A stretch of DNA of 64,000 nt from Candidatus Acidiferrum sp. (lineage in GTDB: Bacteria > Acidobacteriota > Terriglobia > Acidiferrales > UBA7541), in assembly GCA_035487275.1 (NCBI GenBank), contig DATHMG010000035.1, forward strand, positions 72,128-136,127, written 5' to 3'. This document shows, piece by piece, positions 36,916 through 48,282 of this stretch; within the stretch, counting starts at the first letter, position 1, and each line of letters starts with the position of its first letter. The notes below the pieces were generated by a model. It saw only the letters and a list, made by a program, of their open reading frames with translations. It did no database searches and had not been told where the DNA came from. Both the position numbers and the translations under genes were made by a program.

Positions 36916-38651
36916 TCTTGGTTCGATCTCGCTGTCGGGTGCCGCATGAAAAGCAGCAGCGCGATCAACAAGCTGGCGCCGCTGATGGCTGCTCCAATGG
37001 CTCGATCCGGCGTTCGAATGAAGCGCACCACCACATGTGACGGTCCAGCCGCCAGCGGCACCATGATCTGCGCTGTTTCCCCCGTTGGCTCCGGAACCAC
37101 CGCGGTTTCATTCACCTTCACACGCCACGCCGGATAGTCCAACAACCGCAGCTTCAAGACCGACGGTTCGCGTGTCGTAATGCTCATTTCTTTTCTCTCA
37201 GCGGTCCAGCGCTGCAAATCAATCTTGGCATCTGATTCGGATCGAGCTTCCGGCGTCGCCGGCATAACCGTTACTCTCTCTGATTTCTCTGGCAACACAG
37301 AATGGTCATCCCCTAGCGGGTCATATTCGTCTACGCCTTCAAAGCCTTCGTCGTTTTGCAGGGCCTCCAATAGCACTGGAACGTCTTCGTAGTCCCACCA
37401 GGTGTGGCGCACCATGTAGGTGGCTGTGCATGCCAGGATAGCCAGCACTGCAGCAATCATCGATGCCGACCCGTACCCACGCATCCGTTTTCGAACTACA
37501 GCGGCGTAGCTGAAACACGCAAACGGAATCGCGAGAATGGACATCCAGCGCCATGGAAATTGTACGAAACGTAACTTGGGAAGTACGATCCACAAAATAT
37601 TGCTTATGGGCGTCATCAAAAATGCTGCCATCACTGAAAGGGCAATCAACGCGCTCCAGAGGCTCTTCGTCATTGACCGTGCAGTTGACCGGCCTCGTGA
37701 AAAACTCAACGCCGCAAATACGCCGGTCAACACTATCATGAGGACGGCGGTGTTTGACGCTATACGATTGAAAGCGTTATGTTCTGCATCGGCAATCACG
37801 GTGTACAAGAAATTCTGTGAGGGTTGCAAGCCGGATGCCAGCGCCAGGGAAATGTTCACCCACTTTTGTTCGTACGCGGCAGGAACGAGATAAAAACTTG
37901 CCGCGCCAAAACCCAACGCTAGTGCCGCGCCGCCGTGAAGCAACGGGCGCCACGATTTTTGTGTAAGCGCAGTCCACCCAAAAAGCATGGCCAGGCTATA
38001 GCTGGCCACCACACCAGCGGGAGCGTTAGTCAGCCATACCGCAGCAAACATCAGCGCCAGAAAAACGATGGAACGCCGGGTTGAGGGAGCCGGCGAGTCC
38101 AACAGGCCTGCTACCTCGGCCGCCGCCAAAAACAGGAGCGGGAAAAAAGCCAGTGCAAGTTGCTCCGCAAAATCGCTGCGCATGTACACGATGAGTAGCG
38201 CGTAGGGATTCGCCACATAACAAACCGCGCAAACCAGCGCGCCATGTTGCGGAAATAAACGCCGCCCCAGCGCAAAGGCGCAGATGCCCGCCAGGGTCTG
38301 CGTCAAAACGATGAACACTGCAGGTACGAAAATCCAGGGCACCACTAATCCGAGCGCGGTGCCGAACATCCAAGAAACGGGGGGATAGAAAATAAATCGT
38401 GGTTCGCCGAATCCGTGATTCGCTCCCTCGGTCCATCGTGGCAACAGGATTCCTTCGCGCCACTGAGCTGCCGCGTCCAACCAGGACGCCACGTGAAACG
38501 AGAAGTCGTGACCGGAAGCGTTGCCCATCCAAAAAAACGGGGAAATAATTGCCAGCGCGGTGGCTAGAGAAACCACCAACGCAAACGACCAAACTCGCTT
38601 ACCATTTACTGGTGAATTTGAAGCGCTAGTCTCTCCGGAAGAAACCGTCAT
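36912..38651 (-). CDS. Multi-TM membrane protein, PTPS-related / GT-C glycosyltransferase-like
   Basis: GHDFSFH, PRW...GFGEPRFIFYPP, YVANPY and FVQFPWRW; about 11 TM segments plus a C-terminal YPAW domain. Confidence 0.75.
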   Translation of the reverse strand: MTVSSGETSASNSPVNGKRVWSFALVVSLATALAIISPFFWMGNASGHDFSFHVASWLDAAAQWREGILLPRWTEGANHGFGEPRFIFYPPVSWMFGTALGLVVPWIFVPAVFIVLTQTLAGICAFALGRRLFPQHGALVCAVCYVANPYALLIVYMRSDFAEQLALAFFPLLFLAAAEVAGLLDSPAPSTRRSIVFLALMFAAVWLTNAPAGVVASYSLAMLFGWTALTQKSWRPLLHGGAALALGFGAASFYLVPAAYEQKWVNISLALASGLQPSQNFLYTVIADAEHNAFNRIASNTAVLMIVLTGVFAALSFSRGRSTARSMTKSLWSALIALSVMAAFLMTPISNILWIVLPKLRFVQFPWRWMSILAIPFACFSYAAVVRKRMRGYGSASMIAAVLAILACTATYMVRHTWWDYEDVPVLLEALQNDEGFEGVDEYDPLGDDHSVLPEKSERVTVMPATPEARSESDAKIDLQRWTAERKEMSITTREPSVLKLRLLDYPAWRVKVNETAVVPEPTGETAQIMVPLAAGPSHVVVRFIRTPDRAIGAAISGASLLIALLLFMRHPTARSNQD

Positions 38652-38713
38652 GCGAGGTTCATGATTTGTCTGTGAAGGTATTCGTAATAAAACCTATACG
38701 AGACGCGATTACG

Positions 38714-40072
38714 TCAATGTGCTCCTGACCGATCGTTCTTATAAATCACGCCTTCTTTCATTACAAAAAACACATGCTCCGTCTGCCGTACATCCTGCAG
38801 CGGATTGCCGGGAACAGCAACGATATCAGCTGACTTACCCGCTTCCAGGGAACCTATTTTGTCAGCCAGTCCTAGCAACTCGGCATCAACCGATGTGCCC
38901 GCTCGCAACGCGTCGATTGACTTCATACCCAGATCGACCATCTGATGAAACTCTTCGCCATTGCGCCCGTGCGGATAGACCGCCGCATCGGTGCCTAGTC
39001 CAATTTTAATATTCTTAGCCAGGGCTTTTTGAAATGTTTTATGCAAAGAGGTCATCGCCTGCTCGGCCTTTAACCGGATGGCTGGAGGAATGTACATGCC
39101 CGACTGTATCTGTTCCGACAATCCTTGCAAGGCCATCAAGGTCGGCACGTAGTAGGTGCCGTGCTGTTTCATCATGTCCAGAGCTTCGTCATCCAGGAAC
39201 GACCCATGCTCGATGGAATCCACGCCAGCGCGAATGGCGCGCTTGGCCGCTTCCGCTCCATGAGCATGGGCGGCGACTTTTCTTTTTAGCGCGTGCGCTT
39301 CGTCGATCAGGGCATTCAGTTCCTCTTGCGTCAACTGCGGCGTGTCAACATCGTCGGCCATAGAAAGGACCCCACCCGAAGCGCAGGTTTTAATAATGTC
39401 AGCGCCATATTTGTGCGCCAGGCGCACCGCGTAACGCACCTGATTTGGCCCATTAGCCACTCCTTGTTCCGGTCCCGATTCACTTCCAAACACGCCGGAG
39501 CGGTAGCCCGTTTCGTCACAGTGGCCTCCGGTAGCGCCAATGGCATGCACGCAGACCAGCATGCGCGGCCCGGGCACCTTGCCATTGCGAATGGCATTGC
39601 GCAGGCCGACATCCAAGAAGTCATGCGAGCCGACATCACGCACGGTCGTAAATCCCGCGAGCAACGTAACTTTGGCGTTGGCGATAGAGTCCAGGGTTTG
39701 CTCGGCAATAGTTTTTTGCAGACCGTCCAGCGCGGCCTGCTTATAGTCGGTGGTATACATCATGGTCAGATGGGTATGCGCATCGATAAATCCCGGCAAA
39801 AGTGTCGCATCTCCCAGGTCGATCACTTCCGCTCCGGCCGGCACGGTGGCATTCGCGCCCGCGGCGGAAATTTTTCCGCCGGTCACAATCACCAGGCCCG
39901 GCGTCATCAACGAATTGCTCTTGCCGTCGAACAGCCTAGCCGCCTTCAGCACCACCGTGCTTGTTTCGGGCGTCCTTGTTTGGGGTGCCTTGCTTTCAGG
40001 GTTCTGCGCTTGTCCGTAAGCCTGCGCCACAGACATGCTTGTCACCAGAAATAATCCAATTGTCCTGCGCAT
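38714..40072 (-). CDS. Exported metal-dependent amidohydrolase (Xaa-Pro dipeptidase-like)
   Basis: ATG at 40072 after GAGGAG; LPGFIDAHTH, GFTTVRD, AHAHG, SIEHG and GTDA. Confidence 0.9.
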   Translation of the reverse strand: MRRTIGLFLVTSMSVAQAYGQAQNPESKAPQTRTPETSTVVLKAARLFDGKSNSLMTPGLVIVTGGKISAAGANATVPAGAEVIDLGDATLLPGFIDAHTHLTMMYTTDYKQAALDGLQKTIAEQTLDSIANAKVTLLAGFTTVRDVGSHDFLDVGLRNAIRNGKVPGPRMLVCVHAIGATGGHCDETGYRSGVFGSESGPEQGVANGPNQVRYAVRLAHKYGADIIKTCASGGVLSMADDVDTPQLTQEELNALIDEAHALKRKVAAHAHGAEAAKRAIRAGVDSIEHGSFLDDEALDMMKQHGTYYVPTLMALQGLSEQIQSGMYIPPAIRLKAEQAMTSLHKTFQKALAKNIKIGLGTDAAVYPHGRNGEEFHQMVDLGMKSIDALRAGTSVDAELLGLADKIGSLEAGKSADIVAVPGNPLQDVRQTEHVFFVMKEGVIYKNDRSGAH

Positions 40073-40486
40073 CGCGCTTATCTCCTCGTATGGCCAGACG
40101 CAGACGATAGCTTGCTGCGAGTAAATGTCAAGAAATCTCGGTATCGTGCCGAAGAAACCACCACGGCCGCGCGCATGTTTTCGGTAAAGAACTGCATGCA
40201 AAAATACACTGCAGCCAAGGAGCGACACTAACCTTTTAGGTTCGACGAGCCGGTCGAGGGCGTTCTTTGTGCCCACCCCTGATATACTGGTCTTGGCAGC
40301 AGGAATTCCCGTCCACCCTGACCCCCAGCAAAAAAGTGAGCGGTTGCGCGACTCATTTAGGCGTAGGCTCCAGCCCATCGTTGCCAGTTAAGTTCGAACG
40401 GAGCAATACATCACCATGGCCGTAAAGCCCGGTGCAACTTTGATGGCGATTCCGGTTTTTAGAACTACATAGGTGCTTCAACAGGC

Positions 40487-41686
40487 ATGTCAATATTCAA
40501 AGCGCTGAGAAAAAATCCCGGTTCAAGCCAGGGCGATCTGCTGCGGAGGCGCCGCCGCAAAACGTTGCTCACCAACATCGTAATTATTTCCGTGCTTAGT
40601 ATTGTCGCTGCCTTGGTGATTACCTGGCAGTCTGGCGGCGTCGGATTTTCGCTCCCGAATTCTGCCGCTGGGCCATCGACCATGACTACCGCGCCGCCCT
40701 CGTCCGCTAAAGAATCTTCGCCTCCCGCGCTGCCATCGTTGTCCGACGAAGCGCCCGACGGCTACAAGCTTGAAACTGGACCTTTGGCAGTAACCGAAGT
40801 TGCGGGTCTGGTGCTCCATGATGAGAAGCGCAACAAGGATGTGCGCGTTCGAATCTTCTACCCGGTGATGGCCAGCAAATATCCGGTCATCATTTTTTCC
40901 CATGGGGCAGGTGGATCGGACACTTGCTGCGAGTCGTTGACACGCCATTGGGCGACTTACGGTTACATTACACTTCAGCCCATCCATGAGGATTCAGTCG
41001 CGCAACGGCGCAGTAACGGCGACGAGAACGGACACTTCCCGCAAGCCGTCCGCGAAGCGTTGAAAAATCCCGCGCTCTGGGAAAGCCGTCCACGGGACAT
41101 TTCCTTCCTTTTGGACTCGCTCGCTGGTTTGCAAAAACGTGTCGCCGGCCTCAACGGGAAAGTCGATGCCAGCCGCATAGGCGTAGCCGGCCACTCCATG
41201 GGTGCTTACACTGCGGAAGTTATCGGTGGAGCATTGGTTGATCTGCCGGGCCGTCCTGGTCAAAATTTTTCCGATCCTCGTGCGCAGGCGATTCTCTGTC
41301 TCTCGCCGCAAGGTCCGGGACAGTTCGGCTTGACCGCGCACTCGTTCAGCAACATTTCTCTGCCCTTTATGGGCATAACTGGCTCGCTCGATAACCTGGG
41401 GACGCTGGCAAACGTAGCTTGGCACAAAATTCCATTCGAACGCAGCCAACCGGGCGATAACTATGAAGTGCTCATCCAGGGCGCGAGTCACATGTCATTC
41501 ATCACCGCAGAAACCGTAAACTCCGCGCGGTCCTCGCAAGCTGCGGCAATTCTGGGGTATACCAATTCCGCTTCGCTGGCTTTCTGGGACGCGTACTTGA
41601 AAAACGATCCCGCAGCAAAAAAATTCCTGCAGTCCGATGCGTTGGAACGCTACAGCCATAGTGCTGCAAAACTCTCACGTCGCTGA
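40487..41686 (+). CDS. Membrane-anchored alpha/beta hydrolase
   Basis: N-terminal TM, IFSHGAGG, nucleophile elbow GHSMG, TGSLD and GASHMSF. Confidence 0.87.
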   Translation: MSIFKALRKNPGSSQGDLLRRRRRKTLLTNIVIISVLSIVAALVITWQSGGVGFSLPNSAAGPSTMTTAPPSSAKESSPPALPSLSDEAPDGYKLETGPLAVTEVAGLVLHDEKRNKDVRVRIFYPVMASKYPVIIFSHGAGGSDTCCESLTRHWATYGYITLQPIHEDSVAQRRSNGDENGHFPQAVREALKNPALWESRPRDISFLLDSLAGLQKRVAGLNGKVDASRIGVAGHSMGAYTAEVIGGALVDLPGRPGQNFSDPRAQAILCLSPQGPGQFGLTAHSFSNISLPFMGITGSLDNLGTLANVAWHKIPFERSQPGDNYEVLIQGASHMSFITAETVNSARSSQAAAILGYTNSASLAFWDAYLKNDPAAKKFLQSDALERYSHSAAKLSRR

Positions 41687-41731
41687 TTGCGTTACAGCGG
41701 TCTCCAATCCATTATCCGGTTATCATCGCTT

Positions 41732-42187
41732 GTGAGTGAACTGTTCGTTTATCGCAGTCAGATGCCCGCCTCCGCGGATGTTGTTTACGCCTTTCACGCC
41801 AAGCCTGACGCGCTTACGCGGCTCACCCCTCCTTGGGAAAATGCCCGCGTCATTGAACGCAGCGGCTCCATAGAACAGCCAGGATCCCGAGTGAAGATCA
41901 GCCTTCGCGCAGGTCCTTTCTTCCAAACGTGGACGGCTGAGCACAATGCTTGCGAACCGGGACGTATGTTTCGCGACGTCATGATCGCCGGGCCCTTTCG
42001 TCGCTGGGAACATACCCATCTATTCATTCCCGAGGGGCAAAACAAAAGCTGGTTGGAAGATCGCGTGGAGTATGAATTCCCATTGGGCTGGTTTGGGAAA
42101 TGGATTGGCGGAGCTTATACGCAGCGGAGGTTGTCGCGGATGTTTGCGTGGCGCCACCAGGTAACCGCCGAGGCCGTCGCCCAATAA
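41732..42187 (+). CDS. SRPBCC/START-domain protein
   Basis: FHAKPDALTRLTPPW, FRDVMIAGPFRRWEHTH and MFAWRH; start uncertain. Confidence 0.85.
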   Translation: MSELFVYRSQMPASADVVYAFHAKPDALTRLTPPWENARVIERSGSIEQPGSRVKISLRAGPFFQTWTAEHNACEPGRMFRDVMIAGPFRRWEHTHLFIPEGQNKSWLEDRVEYEFPLGWFGKWIGGAYTQRRLSRMFAWRHQVTAEAVAQ

Positions 42188-42201
42188 CCCGAGATCGGCG
42201 C

Positions 42202-42714
42202 CTAACTAATCCAGGCGAGTATTTCTCCGGCGTTCACGGTTTGGCCCTCATCTGCGAGAAGGCGCTCGACGGTACCTGATTTTGTGGAACGAATTTCGTT
42301 TTGCATTTTCATGGCTTCGACGACCAAAAGGCCCTGTCCTACTTCCACGGTTTCACCGGATTTCACCAGCAAGCGAACTACCTTGCCGGCCATCGGCGCA
42401 GTGATCTGCTGGCGTCCTTCGACCTCTACATGGCCGAGACGGCGCCCGCGCCAGGAACGCTGGTCGGTGACCTCAGCGGTAAATTCCCGAAGGCCAGTTT
42501 GAATGCTCAGCAGTCCCTCGGGAGAGCGGACAACTCGAATTTCGTGCGATTCGCCGCGAATGAGAATTGAGAGAGTGTTCGCAGCGATCTCTACGACGTC
42601 AGCGCCAACCGGCTCACCATCTAGGACGACGCGCCACTGGTCGCCCAGGCGTTCGAGCTCGACGGTGTGAGTTCTCTTTCCGGTTGAAGGCGCCAATTGC
42701 ACTTCGAATCTCAT
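42202..42714 (-). CDS. Biotin carboxyl carrier subunit
   Basis: APMAGKV and the biotinylation motif EAMKMQNE. Confidence 0.93.
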   Translation of the reverse strand: MRFEVQLAPSTGKRTHTVELERLGDQWRVVLDGEPVGADVVEIAANTLSILIRGESHEIRVVRSPEGLLSIQTGLREFTAEVTDQRSWRGRRLGHVEVEGRQQITAPMAGKVVRLLVKSGETVEVGQGLLVVEAMKMQNEIRSTKSGTVERLLADEGQTVNAGEILAWIS

Positions 42715-44222
42715 GGCGTGCGGTCCAGTTGCTGCTCGCGGCCCTCATGCTTCCATCGCGAAATCGTTTCTTCGCCACTGGTCGAGGATGGTGCGGCTGC
42801 ATTTTGCATGGCCTGCCAAACTGCGGCGCCAATGGCGGCAGCGTCTTCGCTTCCTTGCTCGACAGGAGTTGAACGGTGTTTGCGCAGCAGCAATTCATCT
42901 AGCCAGGTGGTGTGGATTTCGCCGCGAACAAATTCCGGCTCGCCAAGAATGCGGCGGAATAAAGCGGCATTGGTTTTGATTCCGGTAACGGTGTACTCCT
43001 CGAGAGAACGGCGAAGACGCGCAATGGTTTCTTCCCGGCTATTGCCCGAAGCGATCAGCTTGCTGAGTAACGGATCGTAGTCATTCGGAACGGTCCAGCC
43101 TTCATACACGCCTTCGTCGAGGCGAATGCCCGGGCCGCTGGGCGCGTGGCGCGAAAGAATTTTTCCAGGTGACGGAAAGAAATTATTGTCAGGGTCTTCT
43201 GCGTACAACCGAACTTCCATGGCGTGACCGCGTGGGGTAATGGTTTCCCATGCGAAGGGCAGGCGATGCCCGGCGGCGATTGCGATTTGCAGCTTGACCA
43301 GATCAAGCCCGGTCACTTGTTCGGTGACTGGGTGCTCGACCTGCAAGCGAGTGTTTACTTCCAGAAAATAGAAATCGAGATTGGCATCCACGAGAAACTC
43401 AACCGTGCCTGCATTGGTATAACCACCGGCGCGCGCCAGGCGTACCGCGGCGTCACCCATTTTTCTGCGCAGGTCGGGAGTCATGATTGGCGATGGAGCT
43501 TCTTCAATGACTTTTTGATGGCGCCGCTGCACGGAGCATTCGCGTTCGCCGAGGGAAACGACACGGCCGTGGGAATCGGCGAGAATTTGAATTTCCACGT
43601 GCCGCGGTTTGAGCAAATATTTTTCAAGATAAACGCGGCCGTCGCCAAAACTATTCTGGGCTTCCGAGGAAGCATCGCGAAAGGCGGCCGCCAGATCGCT
43701 GAGGCGGTTTACGACCCGCATGCCCTTTCCGCCGCCGCCGGCGACGGCTTTAAGCAAGACCGGCAAGCCAATGTTTTCGATTAAGACTTGAGCCTGCTGG
43801 AGAGTTTCGATGGGATCGTTTGTACCAGGCACGCTGGGCACGTCGGAGCGTCGCGCGAGCTGGCGTCCCGCAGTTTTCGACCCTAGCGCTTCCATGGCTT
43901 CGGCGGACGGGCCTATAAAGGTGACGCCGGCTTCGCTACAGGCCCGTGGGAGCGCGGGATTTTCCGCGAGGAAGCCATAACCGGGATGCAAGGCGTCGCA
44001 GCCCGCACGGCGCGCGACGTCCATCAACTTATCGATACGCAGATAGCTTTCGGCTGACGCTGCTGGGCCTATTGGATAAGCTTCATCGGCCAGCCGGACA
44101 TGCAGAGATTTACGATCGACTTCGCTGAATACCGCGGCAGAGCGGATGCCCAGTTCTCGGCAAGCGCGCAGGATGCGCACGGCAATCTCTCCGCGATTGG
44201 CGATTAGAATTTTCCTGAACAT
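42711..44222 (-). CDS. accC: Biotin carboxylase subunit of an acyl-CoA carboxylase
   Basis: IANRGEIA, HPGYGFLAEN, GGGGKGMR, ECSVQRRHQK and EVNTRLQVEH. Confidence 0.92.
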   Translation of the reverse strand: MFRKILIANRGEIAVRILRACRELGIRSAAVFSEVDRKSLHVRLADEAYPIGPAASAESYLRIDKLMDVARRAGCDALHPGYGFLAENPALPRACSEAGVTFIGPSAEAMEALGSKTAGRQLARRSDVPSVPGTNDPIETLQQAQVLIENIGLPVLLKAVAGGGGKGMRVVNRLSDLAAAFRDASSEAQNSFGDGRVYLEKYLLKPRHVEIQILADSHGRVVSLGERECSVQRRHQKVIEEAPSPIMTPDLRRKMGDAAVRLARAGGYTNAGTVEFLVDANLDFYFLEVNTRLQVEHPVTEQVTGLDLVKLQIAIAAGHRLPFAWETITPRGHAMEVRLYAEDPDNNFFPSPGKILSRHAPSGPGIRLDEGVYEGWTVPNDYDPLLSKLIASGNSREETIARLRRSLEEYTVTGIKTNAALFRRILGEPEFVRGEIHTTWLDELLLRKHRSTPVEQGSEDAAAIGAAVWQAMQNAAAPSSTSGEETISRWKHEGREQQLDRTP

Positions 44223-44334
44223 GCCTGGTGAATGGTTCGGCGAAATTTTAACACGCGATGCGCTTGGCCAAAGGTCGGCGTTGGGGTAAGGTGTCCAATC
44301 GTTTCTAGACAGATGGGTGCTTCAAGGAGGAGGG

Positions 44335-46278
44335 GTGAGCAAGCGAACTTTGACGATGTGGGCTGTGGTTCTATTTGTTGGGTTCACGGAGGGCCGCGCG
44401 CAGGAAGCGGTGATCGCTCCCACGGAGAATCTGTTAGTCGATGGCGTGCCCAAAATCCCAGCTTCACTGGCGGAGACGGCCGGCCGCTACGGGTCTTACC
44501 GTTTCGCGTTAGTTTCGGATTGGCACCCTACGCGACGCCAGATGCTCATCCGCACGCGCTTTGCGGACACGCCGCAAGTTCATTTGGTGAAGATACCCGG
44601 AGGGGAACGGCAGCAATTAACGTTTTATCCAGATTCGATAGCGGATGCGCAGTTTCACCCCAACGGGGGCAACTATTTTGTTTTTGTAAAAGATATCGGC
44701 GGCGGGGAGTGGTATCAACTTTACCGCTACGATGTGGCTACCGCGAATGTGACGCTGTTGACGGATGGCAAATCGAGGAATTTGCTGGGGTCGTGGTCAT
44801 CCGGCGGTGACCAGATTGCCTACGTTTCCACCAGGCGCAACGGGCAGGATACGGATTTATGGGTGATGAATCCGAGCGATTCGAAGACCGATCATTTGTT
44901 AACACCATTGAAGGGCGGCGGTTGGGAACCCATCGACTGGTCTCCGGATGATAAAAATATCTTGCTGCAGGAGCAAATTTCCATCAACGAAACATACTTA
45001 TGGCTGGTAAACACTGCGACTGGAGAAAAGGCCGCCCTAACTCCTCGGGATAACAAGGAGAAAGTGTCCTACGCCTCGGCGCGATTCAGCAAAGATGGCA
45101 AAGGAATTTATGTAACCACTGATCAGGGCTCGGAATTTCAGCGACTGGCGTTTCTCGATATGTCCGGAAGGAATCCGAAATTTTTGACCACCGACATTCC
45201 CTGGGATGTGGAGTCCTTTGATCTTTCGCACGACGGGAAGCGATTAGCTTTTATCACCAACGAAGAAGGCCTCAGTGTTTTGCACGTGATGGATACGGCG
45301 ACGCAGAAAGCGGTGAACTTGCCAAAACTGCCGGCGGGAGTAATGCAGGGGCTACGTTGGCATCGCGACGGACATGATTTGGCCTTCTCGCTCACGAATG
45401 CCCAGGGGGCGGGGGATTGCTATTCGCTGGATGTCACGACTGGCAAGCTGGAACGCTGGACGGTGAGCGAAACAGCGGTCAAGACGGATGCGTTTCCGGC
45501 GGCCGAACTGGTGCACTGGAAAAGCTTCGATGGAAAAATGATTTCCGGATTTTTGTACAAGCCGCCCGCGAAATTTACCGGCAAGAGACCGGTTCTGGTG
45601 GTGATTCATGGCGGGCCGGAAGGGCAGTCGCAGCCGATTTTTCTGGGGCGCGCAAATTATTATTTGAATGAGCTGGGCATGGCCTTGATTTACCCGAACG
45701 TGAGAGGCTCGACGGGATACGGCAAGACTTTTTCGCTGATGGATAATGGATTCAAGCGCGAGAACACTTACAAAGATATCAACGCGCTGTTCGACTGGGT
45801 GGGGACCAGAGCGGATCTCGACGCCGACAGAATCGCGGTGACCGGCGGCAGCTACGGCGGGCACATGACGCTGGCAGTTTCCACTTTTTATAGCGAGCGC
45901 ATACGGTGCTCGGTGGACGTCGTGGGAATGTCTAACCTGGTTACATTTTTGGAGCATACTGAAGGCTATCGGCGAGATTTACGCCGCGTGGAATACGGCG
46001 ATGAGCGCGATCCTAAGATGCATGACTTTCTCGAAAAAATTGCACCCATGAATAACATCGAGAAAATTAAGAAGCCTATGCTGGTCGTTGCGGGGAAGAA
46101 CGATCCGCGGGTGCCGGTAACGGAATCAGAACAAATCGTCGGCGCGTTGAAGAAGCAGGGCACGCCGGTGTGGTACTTGATGGCCAAAGACGAAGGGCAT
46201 GGCTTTCGCAAGAAGCAGAATCAGGATTTTCAGTTTTATACGACAATTGAGTTTTTAGAGGAATACCTTCTTAAATAA
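44335..46278 (+). CDS. Exported S9 family serine peptidase
   Basis: GTG start after AAGGAGG; beta-propeller region, HGGPE, GGSYGG, NDPRV and DEGHGF. Confidence 0.93.
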   Translation: MSKRTLTMWAVVLFVGFTEGRAQEAVIAPTENLLVDGVPKIPASLAETAGRYGSYRFALVSDWHPTRRQMLIRTRFADTPQVHLVKIPGGERQQLTFYPDSIADAQFHPNGGNYFVFVKDIGGGEWYQLYRYDVATANVTLLTDGKSRNLLGSWSSGGDQIAYVSTRRNGQDTDLWVMNPSDSKTDHLLTPLKGGGWEPIDWSPDDKNILLQEQISINETYLWLVNTATGEKAALTPRDNKEKVSYASARFSKDGKGIYVTTDQGSEFQRLAFLDMSGRNPKFLTTDIPWDVESFDLSHDGKRLAFITNEEGLSVLHVMDTATQKAVNLPKLPAGVMQGLRWHRDGHDLAFSLTNAQGAGDCYSLDVTTGKLERWTVSETAVKTDAFPAAELVHWKSFDGKMISGFLYKPPAKFTGKRPVLVVIHGGPEGQSQPIFLGRANYYLNELGMALIYPNVRGSTGYGKTFSLMDNGFKRENTYKDINALFDWVGTRADLDADRIAVTGGSYGGHMTLAVSTFYSERIRCSVDVVGMSNLVTFLEHTEGYRRDLRRVEYGDERDPKMHDFLEKIAPMNNIEKIKKPMLVVAGKNDPRVPVTESEQIVGALKKQGTPVWYLMAKDEGHGFRKKQNQDFQFYTTIEFLEEYLLK

Positions 46279-46330
46279 CGAAGCCACTTTTGAAGCGGTC
46301 TTCGACCTCGGTGGCAACTCCAGGATTTAA

Positions 46331-47956
46331 CTACAGGGGGATGTTGCCGTGTTTCTTGCGCGGATTGATATCGCGCTTATTTTCCAGTGCTCGCAAGGCA
46401 GTGATGATACGCGTTCTGGTGTCGGCGGGCTCGATGACCGCATCGATGTAGCCGCGCTCAGCCGCGACAAACGGGTTGGCAAAGCGATCTCTGAACTCCT
46501 CGATTTTTTCCTCCCGCAACACCTCACGGTTTGATTCCGAAGCCTTATCCAATTCGCGTTTATAGACGATGTTCACAGCGCTTTCGGGACCCATGACCGC
46601 GATTTCAGCAGTAGGCCATGCGAAGTTCGCGTCGGTGCGCAGGTGTTTGCTGGCCATCACACAGTACGCTCCGCCGTAAGCTTTGCGGGTAATCACCGTG
46701 ATTTTTGGAACGGTAGCTTCGGCAAATGCGAATAAAAGCTTGGCGCCATGGCGAATGATGCCGCCGAATTCCTGCTGTGTTCCGGGAAGAAAACCGGGCA
46801 CGTCTTCAAAAGTAATCAGCGGTATGTTGAAGGCATCGCAGAAGCGCACAAACCGGGCGCCCTTTACGGAAGCGCTTATATCGAGCACGCCTGCCAGAAA
46901 CGAGGGCTGATTGGCCACGAAGCCCGCCGGGCGCCCATCTAACCTGGCAAGGCCCACGACAAGATTTTTGGCGAAATGTTCGTGCACCTCAAAAAAATAC
47001 CCATCGTCCACGATGGCCTGGATCGCGTCTTTAATGTTGTAAGGCTGCTGAGGATCGTCAGGCACCAGAGTGTTCAGCGATTCGTCGCGGCGGTTGGGGC
47101 TGTCGAAAGTGGCACGGCGCGGTGCATCCTCGAGATTATTGGAGGGTAAGAAACTCATCAATTCCCGAATCATGGCCAGGCAATCTGAGTCATCGCGCGC
47201 GACGAAGTGGGCGACGCCACTCTTTTCGTTGTGCGTCATGGCGCCACCAAGCTCCTGCTTGGTGACTTCTTCGTGGGTGACGGTCTTGATTACGTCAGGG
47301 CCGGTGACGAACATGTACGAAGTTTCGCGGGTCATGAAAATAAAGTCGGTGATCGCGGGAGAATATACGGCTCCGCCGGCGCAAGGGCCCATAATGGCGC
47401 TGATCTGCGGGATCACTCCGCTGGCTAGCGTGTTGCGCAGGAAAATATCGGCGTAACCCGCGAGTGAAGCGACGCCTTCCTGAATGCGCGCGCCGCCGGA
47501 ATCATTAAGTCCGATAAGCGGGGCGCCTGCGCGCATGGCCAAATCCATTATTTTACAAATCTTTCGCGCGTTGGCTTCAGAGAGTGAACCGCCGAAAACG
47601 GTAAAGTCCTGCGCGAAAACGTAAACGAGGCGCCCATCGATGCGGCCAAATCCTGTGACAAAACCATCCCCGGGCGGGCGCTGAGTTTCCATTCCGAAAT
47701 CGACGCAATTGTGGCGGACAAATTTGTCTAGTTCCTCAAAAGTATTTTCATCCAGCAGGAGGTGGATGCGTTCGCGGGCAGTAAGCTTGCCGGCTTTGTG
47801 TTCCTTCTCGCGGCGCTCAACGCCGCCGCCGGCTTCGGCCTCGGCGGACAACCTGCGTAACTCTTCCATGCGATCATGATGATTCGAAGTGGAAGCGGAA
47901 AGGGCTTTTTTCTTCTCAGACAAGCGGCCCTCCCGCGAGTGCGTCTTTTTTGCCAA
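46331..47956 (-). CDS. pccB: Acyl-CoA (propionyl-CoA type) carboxylase carboxyltransferase subunit
   Basis: [38 protein letters not shown] and KKHGNIPL; start may be 47869. Confidence 0.9.
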   Translation of the reverse strand: MAKKTHSREGRLSEKKKALSASTSNHHDRMEELRRLSAEAEAGGGVERREKEHKAGKLTARERIHLLLDENTFEELDKFVRHNCVDFGMETQRPPGDGFVTGFGRIDGRLVYVFAQDFTVFGGSLSEANARKICKIMDLAMRAGAPLIGLNDSGGARIQEGVASLAGYADIFLRNTLASGVIPQISAIMGPCAGGAVYSPAITDFIFMTRETSYMFVTGPDVIKTVTHEEVTKQELGGAMTHNEKSGVAHFVARDDSDCLAMIRELMSFLPSNNLEDAPRRATFDSPNRRDESLNTLVPDDPQQPYNIKDAIQAIVDDGYFFEVHEHFAKNLVVGLARLDGRPAGFVANQPSFLAGVLDISASVKGARFVRFCDAFNIPLITFEDVPGFLPGTQQEFGGIIRHGAKLLFAFAEATVPKITVITRKAYGGAYCVMASKHLRTDANFAWPTAEIAVMGPESAVNIVYKRELDKASESNREVLREEKIEEFRDRFANPFVAAERGYIDAVIEPADTRTRIITALRALENKRDINPRKKHGNIPL

Positions 47957-48167
47957 AAATGCGAACGGCGAGATGCGTGGCCAGCCAGACAGTACCTAGC
48001 AGCAGTACAACGCCCAGGAACAGTTCGGCTACGATGGCCGCGGCGCGCTGCGCGGTGGATTGAATGGCGGTGACGTAGATGGTGGTCTGCACCAGGATGA
48101 ACATGGCGCCAAGGCTCATGGCTACGATGAGGATAGTGGTAAAAATTGAAGCAAAAATCATCTTCAT
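47916..48167 (-). CDS. Small two-TM hypothetical protein
   Basis: 83-aa ATG ORF with two hydrophobic helices, co-oriented with its neighbours. Confidence 0.65.
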   Translation of the reverse strand: MKMIFASIFTTILIVAMSLGAMFILVQTTIYVTAIQSTAQRAAAIVAELFLGVVLLLGTVWLATHLAVRIFGKKDALAGGPLV

Positions 48168-48282
48168 GACAAGGGATTGGCGTCAGGAGTCACGCGACAA
48201 GAATAACTCAAGTGGCCGGTTTGAGGCTCTGGCGATAAGTGTCGGGGCGACAAAATTAGCAACCTCGGTGGGCTGGTGGGCG

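Noticed and set aside
40073-40486. Long intergenic gap checked for a riboswitch or tRNA (also 48740-48980)
   Set aside because: No recognisable RNA family or convincing structure; consistent with promoter regions
44232-44810. 192-aa same-strand ORF overlapping the S9 peptidase
   Set aside because: Alternative frame with Arg/Gly/Cys-biased composition and no motifs
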